Source: an uncultured Spirochaetaceae bacterium (GTDB taxonomy: Bacteria > Spirochaetota > Spirochaetia > DSM-27196 > Alkalispirochaetaceae). From it: 57,676 nucleotides of DNA. A program made the position numbers and the translations under genes. Shown piece by piece: positions 16,497 through 25,236 of the stretch; the stretch's first letter is position 1; each line of letters begins with the position of its first letter. The DNA lies in assembly GCA_964478055.1 (NCBI GenBank), contig CAYZHV010000001.1, forward strand, positions 2,350 through 60,025, read 5' to 3'. Below the pieces are notes generated by a model. The model did no database searches. It saw only the letters and a list, made by a program, of their open reading frames with translations, and was not told the DNA's origin.

Positions 16497-18314
16497 ATGA
16501 CCGTTCGCAAACGAGTAAGCTTCGGCTTCGGCATGATTCTCCTTTTCGTGCTGGCAGCAACAGGAGTGAGCGTCCTGAGCTCCAGGGCCCGTGAGTCTGG
16601 TGTCGCAGAGCTCCGAGATCGCCAAACCCGCTCGACAATAGAGATCTTAAGGCTCCAGCAGGACATACTGCGCATTCAAAACAACCTCACCTCCGCAGCT
16701 TCCATGCGAGGAGGAGAGGCGAGCAGTGAGTGTTTCAGCCAAGCCAGGGAGAGCTACGACTCCGCTCAGGCACGACTCGTGGAGCTTACCGGCAACTTGC
16801 GGGACGCCGGGGCAACGGAAGCCCCCTCTCGGGTAGAGCGAATCCAGCGCGAGATCGCGGAGTTCTACGCCATCGGCACCTCCATGGCGCAAGCGTACAT
16901 ATCCGGAGGAACCGCCGCGGGAAACGAAGCAAAGCTTCGGTTCGATCCCTATGTGAGCCGGATGGAAGAAAACCTCAACGCCCTCGTAGCGTTGCGGATC
17001 TCACAAATGAACACCAGCTTTACTGAGATCCTTTCCGCCGGCCGCCTCGGTCTCCTGGCGTCTATCGTATCCGGTGGCGTAGCACTTCTGACCGTCGTAC
17101 TGGTCCTCCTCGGCGTCAATCGCTCCCTTTCAGCGCCCCTGACCCGGCTCCTCGACGATACGAGCCGAATCGCCGAGGGAGACCTCACTGTTTCGGTAGA
17201 AAACCAGCGAAAAGACGAAGTCGGAGTGATCTCCCGGCAAGTCAACCGAATAGCCTCCCGCCTGGACGGTTTGGTCTGTTCGGTGAGAGAGAAGCTCGAC
17301 CTTCTTCTCGAAAACACCGAAGCCCTCGCCCTCCAGCTGAACAAGAGCTCAGAGGAGCTTGCTCGTATCAGCGAGGCCGTGGAAGAGGTCAACGCCCGGG
17401 GAGAAGAGGAGCAGACGCACGTTGGCGAGACAAGTTCTGCAGTTGAAGAGATCGCCAGGAGCATCGAGAGCTTGGACAGCTCCATCCAGCAGCAAAACGG
17501 TCAGGTCACCGCGGCGGCAGCAGCAGTAGAAGAGTCGCTCCGGAACGTAGAATCCATAGGCGCCACAATCGAACGCGCCAGATTAATCGTCTCCAACCTC
17601 TCGGAACGTTCCGAAGAGGGCCTGCAACAGGTCACCGAAGTGCGCCGCAGAGTCGAGGACATGGTGCAGAAGAGTGGGGATTTGGAGAAGGCTAACGAGA
17701 TCATCAACGGCGTAGCCGCCCAGACCAATCTTCTCGCGATGAACGCCGCCATCGAGGCTGCCCACGCCGGGGATGCCGGCAGAGGCTTCGCGGTGGTTGC
17801 AGCGGAAATTCGCTCCCTGGCGGAGCAGACCGCCGGGCAGTCCGCCTCAGTGGCCGAGAACCTCAGAGCAATGAGCGAGGCAATCTCCCACGCCTCTGCC
17901 GGAGCCGCGCGAAACAGCGAGATTTTCGGTTCAATTCAGGAACATGTTGGTGACGCAACCCGAATAATGGACGAGCTCTCCGGGGCAGTGGAAGAGCAAC
18001 GAGACGGCAACGATCAGGTGAGAACCGCCCTGAACTCCATGCGAGAAGAGGCGGAAGAAGTCGCCGCCGGCTCTCGGGAAATGGCCAGCGGCAACCAGCG
18101 CATCCTCGCCTCCGCCAACGCTCTCAAGGAGATCTCTTCGGAGGTATCAGGGAGGATCCGAAACATTCGGGACTCGGCGCGCTCAATCAACGGCAGGGTC
18201 GCGGAGCTCTCCGGAATCGCCGACGAAAACGTCACCCACATTTCCGAAGTCATAACCGAGGCTCAACGCTTTCACCTCTCCATTGACGCGAACGGCTGTC
18301 CCGATCCCACATAG
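16497..18314 (+). CDS. Methyl-accepting chemotaxis protein
   Basis: 605-aa ORF with an N-terminal TM, a sensor region, a second TM, a HAMP domain and the conserved signalling hairpin [33 protein letters not shown]. Confidence 0.9.
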   Translation: MTVRKRVSFGFGMILLFVLAATGVSVLSSRARESGVAELRDRQTRSTIEILRLQQDILRIQNNLTSAASMRGGEASSECFSQARESYDSAQARLVELTGNLRDAGATEAPSRVERIQREIAEFYAIGTSMAQAYISGGTAAGNEAKLRFDPYVSRMEENLNALVALRISQMNTSFTEILSAGRLGLLASIVSGGVALLTVVLVLLGVNRSLSAPLTRLLDDTSRIAEGDLTVSVENQRKDEVGVISRQVNRIASRLDGLVCSVREKLDLLLENTEALALQLNKSSEELARISEAVEEVNARGEEEQTHVGETSSAVEEIARSIESLDSSIQQQNGQVTAAAAAVEESLRNVESIGATIERARLIVSNLSERSEEGLQQVTEVRRRVEDMVQKSGDLEKANEIINGVAAQTNLLAMNAAIEAAHAGDAGRGFAVVAAEIRSLAEQTAGQSASVAENLRAMSEAISHASAGAARNSEIFGSIQEHVGDATRIMDELSGAVEEQRDGNDQVRTALNSMREEAEEVAAGSREMASGNQRILASANALKEISSEVSGRIRNIRDSARSINGRVAELSGIADENVTHISEVITEAQRFHLSIDANGCPDPT

Positions 18315-18474
18315 AACCGCGGCAAACGGTAGCTCGCACCCTCTGCCACACCTCGGGGCTCTGTCCGGGCGGCCGGGGGCCTGCCCGGCTACCCTGACAA
18401 AGACACTGCGGACAAAGACGTTGCCAAACGGAGCTTCTTGAATTACACTCCCACTCTGCAGATCACATATCCAG

Positions 18475-18558
18475 GCCGGCGTGGCGAAATTGGTAGACGC
18501 AGCAGACTCAAAATCTGCCGCCCGCAAGGGTGTGTCGGTTCGAGTCCGACCGCCGGTA
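18475..18558 (+). tRNA. tRNA-Leu (anticodon CAA)
   Basis: Hand-folded cloverleaf: acceptor GCCGGCG/CGCCGGT (G1-U72), 3-bp D stem GCG/CGC, anticodon stem GCAGA/TCTGC with loop CTCAAAA, a long variable arm, T arm GTCGG-TTCGAGT-CCGAC and discriminator A. CCA is not encoded. Confidence 0.9.
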
Positions 18559-18628
18559 AAAGTCTTCCGCCCGAGACATCAAGATCCCGGTTACGATCGT
18601 TGTCGCTCAACCTCTACAACCAGGCCGC

Positions 18629-18669
18629 GGGCGGACTCGAACGTAGTCGGAGGGCGTATCGCAGGCGCC
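18629..18669. repeat. 41-nt hairpin-containing repeat, copy A
   Basis: GGGCGGACTCGAACGTAGTCGGAGGGCGTATCGCAGGCGCC is 38/41 identical to 18871..18911. Its reverse complement contains a T-loop-like GTTCGAGTCCGCC. Confidence 0.85.
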
Positions 18670-18716
18670 CCAGCGCCGAGAAACGCCCGCTGCTCTCGGC
18701 GTTCCTACGCCGAGAG

Positions 18717-18735
18717 TCGAGTCCGACCGCCGGTA
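18717..18735 (+). repeat. Duplicate of the tRNA-Leu 3-prime end (19 nt, att-like)
   Basis: TCGAGTCCGACCGCCGGTA is identical to 18540..18558 (T loop to discriminator of the tRNA). Confidence 0.85.
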
Positions 18736-18783
18736 GTATGCCCGTAGGAACGGGCCATGACTGCAAGTCGGCGGCCTCCGGCC

Positions 18784-18798
18784 GTCCGACCGCCGGTA
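18784..18798 (+). repeat. Second partial duplicate of the tRNA-Leu 3-prime end (15 nt)
   Basis: GTCCGACCGCCGGTA is identical to 18544..18558. Confidence 0.8.
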
Positions 18799-18870
18799 TG
18801 CTTTCAGCCCACCGAGATAAGGGCTATCCCGCTCGCAGTACTCCTTGCATATCACGTAATACTCAGCCCC

Positions 18871-18911
18871 GGGCGGACTCGAACGTAGTCCGAGGGCATA
18901 TCGCTGGCGCC
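18871..18911. repeat. 41-nt hairpin-containing repeat, copy B
   Basis: GGGCGGACTCGAACGTAGTCCGAGGGCATATCGCTGGCGCC has a perfect 6-bp stem CGGACT/AGTCCG with a 7-nt loop. Confidence 0.85.
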
Positions 18912-18938
18912 TGAACTAACTGCCCCGTACAGCAGCTA

Positions 18939-19481
18939 TCAGCGCGGAGTTGACCCGACCTCTTCCCGCGCTTCCGCAATCTCGCAATGCTCATCGATAT
19001 CTGTCGCGTCCCAGGGATAGACAATCCAGATGTCGTCGAGCTCCTCGCCGGCGTAGTAGCGGGTGACCTGCGGCGGGATGACGCCTCGCTTCTCCTTGCG
19101 TTTCTTGTGAAGCACCGCCACAGCGGTCTCTGCGGGCCCGTGGGTCAGAAGCTCTTGGAGACAGTACTCCAGGGTTGTTCGAGTGTCGTCGACCTCATCG
19201 ACGAGAAGTATCCTGCGACCGGCAAGCTTCTTCTCGACTTCGTCGATCCACTGGACTTTCCGGGGGCGGTCGGCGGGCTTGTTGTTCTCGTCGTAGAGCC
19301 GAATCCCCACAGTGAGAATAGGGCGGTTGATGAAGGTCTTGAGCATCCGTGCCGGGATAAAGCCTCCGGTGCCTATGGCTACGATCACGTCAGGGTCGTA
19401 GCCGTCCCCGGTTATTCTCTCGGCGAGGCTCTTTACGGTTTTGTGGATTTGGCGGTAACTAAAGTGGCGTTTGGCGGACAT
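18939..19481 (-). CDS. Purine phosphoribosyltransferase-family protein
   Basis: 180-aa ORF with PRPP-binding loop RILLVDEVDDTRTT and IVAIGTGGFIPARML. Confidence 0.8.
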   Translation of the reverse strand: MSAKRHFSYRQIHKTVKSLAERITGDGYDPDVIVAIGTGGFIPARMLKTFINRPILTVGIRLYDENNKPADRPRKVQWIDEVEKKLAGRRILLVDEVDDTRTTLEYCLQELLTHGPAETAVAVLHKKRKEKRGVIPPQVTRYYAGEELDDIWIVYPWDATDIDEHCEIAEAREEVGSTPR

Positions 19482-19566
19482 GCTCCAGCATAGCGCCTCT
19501 AGCGGGCCGGAGCAAGAGGAAGGCCCGACGATGTTGAAGATCGACGGGCCTGTTCGTTCGAAGTGT

Positions 19567-19806
19567 CTAGCGCCGGCTGCTACTGGAGCGCGGCGCCTCT
19601 TCTTCCTTCGGCTCGCCGAACTTCTCCTTGAGCTTCTGGGCGAGAAAGTCGTGCACTTCCTGCTCCGTAGCGTTCTTTATGGTGATGGTGGTGGGATCGT
19701 CAGGGTTCTCACCTTCGTATTTCCCTTCGCTGTCATAGCCGCGAATCTGGATCGATACTCCCCGCTTCGATTCCCTATTCTCGTAGACCTTCTTCTTCTT
19801 CGCCAT
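19567..19806 (-). CDS. Small hypothetical protein (79 aa)
   Basis: ORF with GAGGGGG 7 nt upstream of the ATG. The termini are Lys-rich and the core is acidic; no motif I recognise. Confidence 0.55.
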   Translation of the reverse strand: MAKKKKVYENRESKRGVSIQIRGYDSEGKYEGENPDDPTTITIKNATEQEVHDFLAQKLKEKFGEPKEEEAPRSSSSRR

Positions 19807-20004
19807 CGCTTACCCCCTCGTAAGACGTAGTATAGGCTCCGGAGGTCCAGAACTCCAGAGAGGTGGACTGCGTCGCTCTATCTTTCTTCTCTCTACGGTA
19901 ATCTACCCCCTATCAAAGGTCAAATCTATCTTTATGGTCATTATTTGACAGCTTTTTTGGCGTTCCGGGTCGACCTGACTGGGGAGCGGCGGTAGGATGG
20001 CCCC

Positions 20005-20721
20005 ATGGCGGATGAGGGGCAGAGCTACTATCGAAGAATCCTGGAAACCTTGCCCGGGGCCGGATGCCCGGCGTGCAGGGAGGTGCAAAGCGCTCTGGAT
20101 GAGTATCTACGACGGACACTCTATGGGCGGGTAACGGACCGACGATTCCGGGCAGCCTTCGACGCTGCCGGCGGGTTCTGCCACAGCCATGCGCGAAGGC
20201 TCGCTGCATTCTCCGATGGGCTGGCGATTTCGCTTCTCTACGAGACGCCGTTACAGGAGGCGATGACAAAGAAGCGGTTGAGCGAAGCAATTCAGGAACG
20301 TCTCGCGCGCCTTCGCCCCGGAGGACGCCGGTTTCGCGGATTCAAGGTGACCGGAAACTGCCCCGCCTGCGACCGGGAGTCGGAGATCGAGAGGCACTAT
20401 CTCTCCATAATCGCCCGGCACTGGGAGAAGGCCGAGCTCCAGGAGTCTTTCGAGCAATCGGAAGGCCTCTGTCTGCCCCACTACCGTCGTCTTCTAAGAG
20501 GACGGCGACAACCGGCGTGGTTGGAGCGGTTTCAGAGGGAGAAGGCGGAACGGCTGGGAACGGAAATCAGCCGCTATGTGGCGTACGCCAACGCCACCAC
20601 CGGAGCCCGTCCGCAGCTATCCCGGGAGGAGCAGCTACGCTGGAAGGCGGTTCTCCGTTTTCTCCACGGCGAACGAGTTCTCCCGGAATCGGAGAACCCA
20701 CCGGATCGAGATGCGTGGTAG
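20005..20721 (+). CDS. Cys-rich protein with two CPxC...C-x(1-2)-H modules (DUF6062-like, function unknown)
   Basis: 238-aa ORF. Module 1 is GCPACREV...GGFCHSHARRL and module 2 is NCPACDRE...EGLCLPHYRRLL, an internal duplication predicting two CCCH metal sites. Confidence 0.7.
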   Translation: MADEGQSYYRRILETLPGAGCPACREVQSALDEYLRRTLYGRVTDRRFRAAFDAAGGFCHSHARRLAAFSDGLAISLLYETPLQEAMTKKRLSEAIQERLARLRPGGRRFRGFKVTGNCPACDRESEIERHYLSIIARHWEKAELQESFEQSEGLCLPHYRRLLRGRRQPAWLERFQREKAERLGTEISRYVAYANATTGARPQLSREEQLRWKAVLRFLHGERVLPESENPPDRDAW

Positions 20722-20780
20722 CCCAGGTGGTCTCCGGTCGCCCCTGGGGTGCGCGGTAGCGACGGGTGTGACGGCGCTGA

Positions 20781-21758
20781 CTACCGCTCCAGGAGCGTGT
20801 CTATCTCCTCTACTTGGGCCTGCGAGAGGGGCCCCTTCTCCAGGGCGCCGGCATTCTCCTTCACCTGCGTGACCGACTTGAAACCGGGAATGGGAATGGT
20901 CGTGGGGCTCCGCGCCCAGAGCCAGCCGAGCGCCCCCTGGACGAGGGTCCGACCGTCGCCGGTCAGTATGTCCCGGATCGCCGCGACCTTCTGGAGGAAC
21001 TCTTCGCTCGGCTCTCCCTTTACGAAGTACTTCATCCAGTCCGGACTGTTCGGCCCTCGCACGTCGTTGGGATCCGCAACACCGCGCTTCTCGTACTTTC
21101 CGGTGAGCAGCCCCATTGCGAGAGGACCACGGTTTATGGCGGCGAGATCCTTCCGTTCGCAGAAAGCCCGCATCTCGGGATTGTCGTCGAGGACGTTCAT
21201 CTGAAACTGCACCGAGGTACAACCGGGTCCTTCCGCAAAAATGGCCGCCCGCTCCGGCCAGTCCGTGCTCCAGCCGTACCCACGGATCTTGCCCTCCCGG
21301 ACGAGTTCCTCCAGGGTGTCCCGGACCTCCGGGGCTCTCTCGGTCTCGTACTCGTTGATGTGGAACTGCAGAAGGTCGAGGTAGTCTCTACCGAGGCGCT
21401 CGAGAGACGCCTCACAGGCTCTCTTGATGTAGCTCGGCGATGCGTCGGAGCCGATGATTTCCTTTTTCTCTTCGTCAAAAACGTTGCCGAACTTCGTCGC
21501 AATCACCACCTCGTTCTTGGCGCTTCCGAGAGCTTCACCGAGAACCCGCTCGCTATGGCCCGCGCCATATACATCGGCGGTGTCAAAGAAGGTAACGCCC
21601 ATGTCCAGGGCGGTATGAATGGCACGTTTTGACTCCTTGTCGTCCACCTCACCCCAGCCCGCCTGCACGCCACCGGCGTGGAAAGGGCCCCCGATAGCCC
21701 AGCAACCCATACCAAGGGCGCTCACTTCGATTCCAGATCGTCCAAGTGTTCGTTTCAT
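20781..21758 (-). CDS. Aldo/keto reductase
   Basis: The track ORF runs to 22121, but family homology starts at MKRTLGRSGIEVSALGMGCWAIGG (ATG at 21758, 325 aa, a typical AKR length). It also carries FFDTADVYGAGHSE. Confidence 0.85.
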   Translation of the reverse strand: MKRTLGRSGIEVSALGMGCWAIGGPFHAGGVQAGWGEVDDKESKRAIHTALDMGVTFFDTADVYGAGHSERVLGEALGSAKNEVVIATKFGNVFDEEKKEIIGSDASPSYIKRACEASLERLGRDYLDLLQFHINEYETERAPEVRDTLEELVREGKIRGYGWSTDWPERAAIFAEGPGCTSVQFQMNVLDDNPEMRAFCERKDLAAINRGPLAMGLLTGKYEKRGVADPNDVRGPNSPDWMKYFVKGEPSEEFLQKVAAIRDILTGDGRTLVQGALGWLWARSPTTIPIPGFKSVTQVKENAGALEKGPLSQAQVEEIDTLLER

Positions 21759-21961
21759 AATGAAAAAGGATACCGAGGGCGTTGCGAGGAGGCAAATCTC
21801 TGGCCAGGGACCACCACGGTCGTTGATAGTCGAAGCCGCCTGGCCGGTGGAAGAGGCGCTATGGGCTTGGCGGGAGTACGACAGGGCCCGGGGAAAGTCA
21901 GGAATTGGTGCCATCGGGTGCAGTGACATATACTTAGGCGGGAAGGAGAAGAGAACAGTCC

Positions 21962-23176
21962 ATGAGAAAACGAACCTTGATAATCCTTGTTCTGGGGGTA
22001 GCCCTGTTCTGGGGTTGTGCCTCCGCGCCAGAGCAGGCGCCCCAGGAAGGCGCTGAAGAGAGCTCAGCTCCGGAGTCAACTTCGGAAGAAGTCGAAACAA
22101 CCGCAGCGGCGGAGAGCGCACCCCAGGAAGACGACCAGGCGGTTTCGGTGATTCCCCTGCGCGGCTCTTTCTCCCCGGAGAACAGCGAGGCTATCGACTT
22201 TGCGGTGAGCCCCGGGGAGCAGGGAGAGCCGGAGGAGTACGAGCTCACACTGCTCAACGCCGACGAGGAGTCCGTGGCCAGAATAAGCGGCACCGGGACA
22301 CCTCCGGAGGAGCTCTCATGGGATGGGCTCGTCGATGGAGAGATCGCTCCTGAGGGACGGTACCGAGCCCGATTCCTGGTAGTCTACGCTGACGGTAGCG
22401 AACAGGAAGCGCTTAGTCGTCCTTTCCTCATAGACCTTACCTCCCCCACACTTGCCCTGAGTTTCAGTAACACCCCCTTCTCGCCGGATGGAGATCGACA
22501 GAACGAAGAGGTGATCATTACCCTCTCCGACGAGGATGCGAGCCCCATCGTGAGCTGGGAGTTTATTGTGCGGGACGGCGACAGTACGGATCTCGCGCGC
22601 TTTAACGACGAGAGCGATCTCCCGCGAACAGCCCGTTGGAACGGTCGCGGCCGAGGCGGGATAATCGTCGAGCCCGCCACGGAGTACCGGGTCTTCGCCC
22701 GGGCGGTGGACGACGCCGGGAACGTTGGGACCACTGAACGCGGCTTCATGACCGATATTTTCGTGACCGCTGAAGGAGATAGGCTTCGGGTCAACGTACC
22801 AGCGATCCAGTTTCCCCCGTACAGTGCCGAAGCGATGGCGACTTCCGGCGAGACCTTGGAGCTGAACCGTCGCGTCATCGAAGGTGTGGCCGGCGCGCTC
22901 CGGCAATTTCCGAGCTACAACATTCTCATTCAGGGGCACGCTAACCAGGTCAACTACGAGGATCCGGAGGCGGCTCGGCTCGAGCAGGCGCAGGTGCTCA
23001 TACCACTTTCGAGATCCCGGGCCGAGATGGTGCGGCGCGCGCTGGTCGAGCGGGGAATCGATGGTGACCGCCTCGAAATAGAGGCTGTCGGGGCGAGTCA
23101 GCCCGCAGCCCCCTTTGACGACCCAAACGCCCGGCACCGAAACCGGAGAGTCGTCTTCTACCTGCAGCGTCGGTAA
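21962..23176 (+). CDS. OmpA-family lipoprotein
   Basis: 404-aa ORF with lipobox LFWGC/AS and GGAAGGAGAAGAG upstream. It has an acidic linker, Ig-like middle region(s), and a C-terminal OmpA domain ending NRRVVFYLQRR. Confidence 0.85.
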   Translation: MRKRTLIILVLGVALFWGCASAPEQAPQEGAEESSAPESTSEEVETTAAAESAPQEDDQAVSVIPLRGSFSPENSEAIDFAVSPGEQGEPEEYELTLLNADEESVARISGTGTPPEELSWDGLVDGEIAPEGRYRARFLVVYADGSEQEALSRPFLIDLTSPTLALSFSNTPFSPDGDRQNEEVIITLSDEDASPIVSWEFIVRDGDSTDLARFNDESDLPRTARWNGRGRGGIIVEPATEYRVFARAVDDAGNVGTTERGFMTDIFVTAEGDRLRVNVPAIQFPPYSAEAMATSGETLELNRRVIEGVAGALRQFPSYNILIQGHANQVNYEDPEAARLEQAQVLIPLSRSRAEMVRRALVERGIDGDRLEIEAVGASQPAAPFDDPNARHRNRRVVFYLQRR

Positions 23177-23179
23177 GCC

Positions 23180-25120
23180 TTACCTCGAGGGGCCGGGCTT
23201 CTCCGGCTCCTCGCGGGATTCCTCGCCGGCGTCAGCGGGCGCCGAGCCCCACTCCTGAGTCTCCTGGCTCGGCGGAATCAAATCCTCCTCGACGATTGCC
23301 TCGCTGGGAGTTAGCTCTTCCTCCGCAGTTTCGGTCTTGAAGACGCGAGTTTGCGCGACCAGGCGCCGGTTTAGCTCCCGGTTCTCCTGGGCTATCTCGG
23401 TGACCGAGGTGGTGGCGTAGTTTATCTCCCGGGCGCCCTGGGCGAGCTCTTCCATACTCCGCCGAATCTGCTCGGTAAGGTCGCTCAGTTTGGAGGTCTG
23501 CTCGAGGACCGAGCTGTTCCCCTCCTTCATCTCCTTTGATCCGGAGACAACTTGGGTGGTAATCTCGTTAATGCGGTGCAATGCCTCCAGGACTTCCTTG
23601 CTCCCGGCGCTCTGCTCCTCCATGCTCTGGCGCACCTCGCTCTGAAGAGTGGCGGCCTCTTCGATCAGGGAGTCGAGCTTAGCGAACTGCTCGGAGCTCT
23701 CCTCGGAGGAGGTAACCGAGGTGTCGATGGCACTCTTTATCGATTTGAGCTCTCCCTGGACGTTCTTGGACTGCCGCTGAGCATGCTCCGCGAGTCGACG
23801 CACCTCCTCGGCTACCACGGCGAAACCGCGGCCGCTCTCACCGGCGTGAGCCGCCTCGATGGCAGCGTTCATGGCGAGGAGGTTTGTTTGCGCGGCAATT
23901 TCAGCAATCACCTTGTTCGCCTCGAGAAGATTCTGGGATAGCTCGGAGACCTCCTGAATCCGCCTGTTCGCCTCCCCTTGGGTCTCCCGTCCCCGGGAGG
24001 ACGCATCACGTACACTCTGGAACACCTCTTCGGTGCGGGCAACGTTCTGGCTCACCGCGCGAATATTCGCCACCATCTCTTCCACCGAGGCAGCGGACTC
24101 GTTGACGTTGGTCGCCTGCTCCTGAATCGTCGTGTCCAACGCCTCGATGGCACGGGCAACCTGCTCCACGGAGGAAGCGGAGTGTTCCACGCTTCCGGAC
24201 TGCTGTTCGGTAAGCTGCTTTACGCTTTCTATGTTCGCGGAGATCTGGTTTACCGCGGAAGAGGTCTCTTCCATGTTGGCGGAGAGGCTCGCGCCCTGCT
24301 TTTCCAGGGTGTCGCCGGTATCGAGAATCGACCTGACTATCTGCCGGAGTTGCAGGACCGTACGATTGAAGCTATCCGTGATATCCCGAAACTCATCTCT
24401 GCTATCGATGCTTCCGGTCTCGGTCAGGTCCCCTTCCGCAATGGTCTCCGTGAACTGCTGAATGCGCCGGAGCCGTCCCACAATCCGTCGAGAGAACACA
24501 AGGGCGATGAGAACCCCTATGAGGAGGCTAGCCCCGGAGGCCCCGGCCACAACGAGAGAGCCCAGCCGGACCTGGTTGGCCACCCGACTCTCTTCTTCCT
24601 CGATGACCCTGGAAACGATTCGTGCCACCCGGTCTCCGTTGTCGACAAAGACCGTGTAGACATCTTCGAAGCGGTCCGCCAGGCTTCGATCTTCCTCACC
24701 GGTTCGGCGATACGCCTCGTATCGTTCTCCGGCGAGCTGACGCAAGGCGGTCAAGTTGTTCTCGAGGGAAGCCATGAGCTCCTGGTATCGCCGCTGGGTC
24801 GACTCGTCCTCCGCGCGCTCAGTGAGATAGTCAAAGAGTGCGGCCACCTCGGCCATATGCGTCTCCGCGCTGTCAAAGCGTCCTTGAACCTGCTCGAACG
24901 CTCCCTCTCTCCCGGATAGCAGACGCATGAGCTCGACGTTTCCTCGAGTCGCCTCAATTCGCATGCGGGAAGATGATGTCTCTCCGGGAAATAGCTCTGA
25001 GGTGAGTCGGTTCACGCTTCCGCTTAGAGAGAAGAAAAGGGACACAGCGGTGCCTGCGGTTATTGCGAGCAGCAAGAGCACTACTCCAAAGGCAAGGAGC
25101 ATCTTACCACGTATATTCAT
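23180..25120 (-). CDS. Methyl-accepting chemotaxis protein
   Basis: 646-aa ORF with two TM helices, a HAMP domain and [33 protein letters not shown]. Confidence 0.9.
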   Translation of the reverse strand: MNIRGKMLLAFGVVLLLLAITAGTAVSLFFSLSGSVNRLTSELFPGETSSSRMRIEATRGNVELMRLLSGREGAFEQVQGRFDSAETHMAEVAALFDYLTERAEDESTQRRYQELMASLENNLTALRQLAGERYEAYRRTGEEDRSLADRFEDVYTVFVDNGDRVARIVSRVIEEEESRVANQVRLGSLVVAGASGASLLIGVLIALVFSRRIVGRLRRIQQFTETIAEGDLTETGSIDSRDEFRDITDSFNRTVLQLRQIVRSILDTGDTLEKQGASLSANMEETSSAVNQISANIESVKQLTEQQSGSVEHSASSVEQVARAIEALDTTIQEQATNVNESAASVEEMVANIRAVSQNVARTEEVFQSVRDASSRGRETQGEANRRIQEVSELSQNLLEANKVIAEIAAQTNLLAMNAAIEAAHAGESGRGFAVVAEEVRRLAEHAQRQSKNVQGELKSIKSAIDTSVTSSEESSEQFAKLDSLIEEAATLQSEVRQSMEEQSAGSKEVLEALHRINEITTQVVSGSKEMKEGNSSVLEQTSKLSDLTEQIRRSMEELAQGAREINYATTSVTEIAQENRELNRRLVAQTRVFKTETAEEELTPSEAIVEEDLIPPSQETQEWGSAPADAGEESREEPEKPGPSR

Positions 25121-25236
25121 ATTCGAAACTCCATAAGGGATAAACGAAGGGTTAGGTGTGTAGCGTTAAATGGTAGCAGGCTTCCGCGGTCGTGTACAAC
25201 CGTCCACAAACACTCGCCAGCCCCCGGCAGGATATC

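Noticed and set aside
18661-18735. A second functional tRNA gene downstream of tRNA-Leu.
   Set aside because: The 5-prime strand of the T stem is missing. The anticodon-arm equivalent has a 9-bp stem with a 6-nt loop, and the acceptor pairing has a mismatch. It is at best a decayed copy.
18438-18914. ORFs of 158, 88 and 82 aa overlapping the tRNA and the repeat cluster.
   Set aside because: They read through a tRNA gene and its repeated fragments. Their repeated peptide segments merely mirror the DNA repeats, and no RBS is present.
18559-18938. The repeat cluster as a small CRISPR array.
   Set aside because: There are only two or three copies of two different repeat types with irregular spacing. 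The repeats are tRNA-derived, and the window has no cas genes.
21759-21961. Possible riboswitch or leader in the 200-bp divergent intergenic region.
   Set aside because: I could not recognise any known riboswitch core or a convincing conserved-looking structure. It is more simply two divergent promoters.
21759-22121. The 121-residue N-terminal extension of the aldo/keto reductase ORF.
   Set aside because: Family homology begins at the internal Met (21758). The extension would cross the divergent promoter region and overlap the OmpA-lipoprotein gene start.
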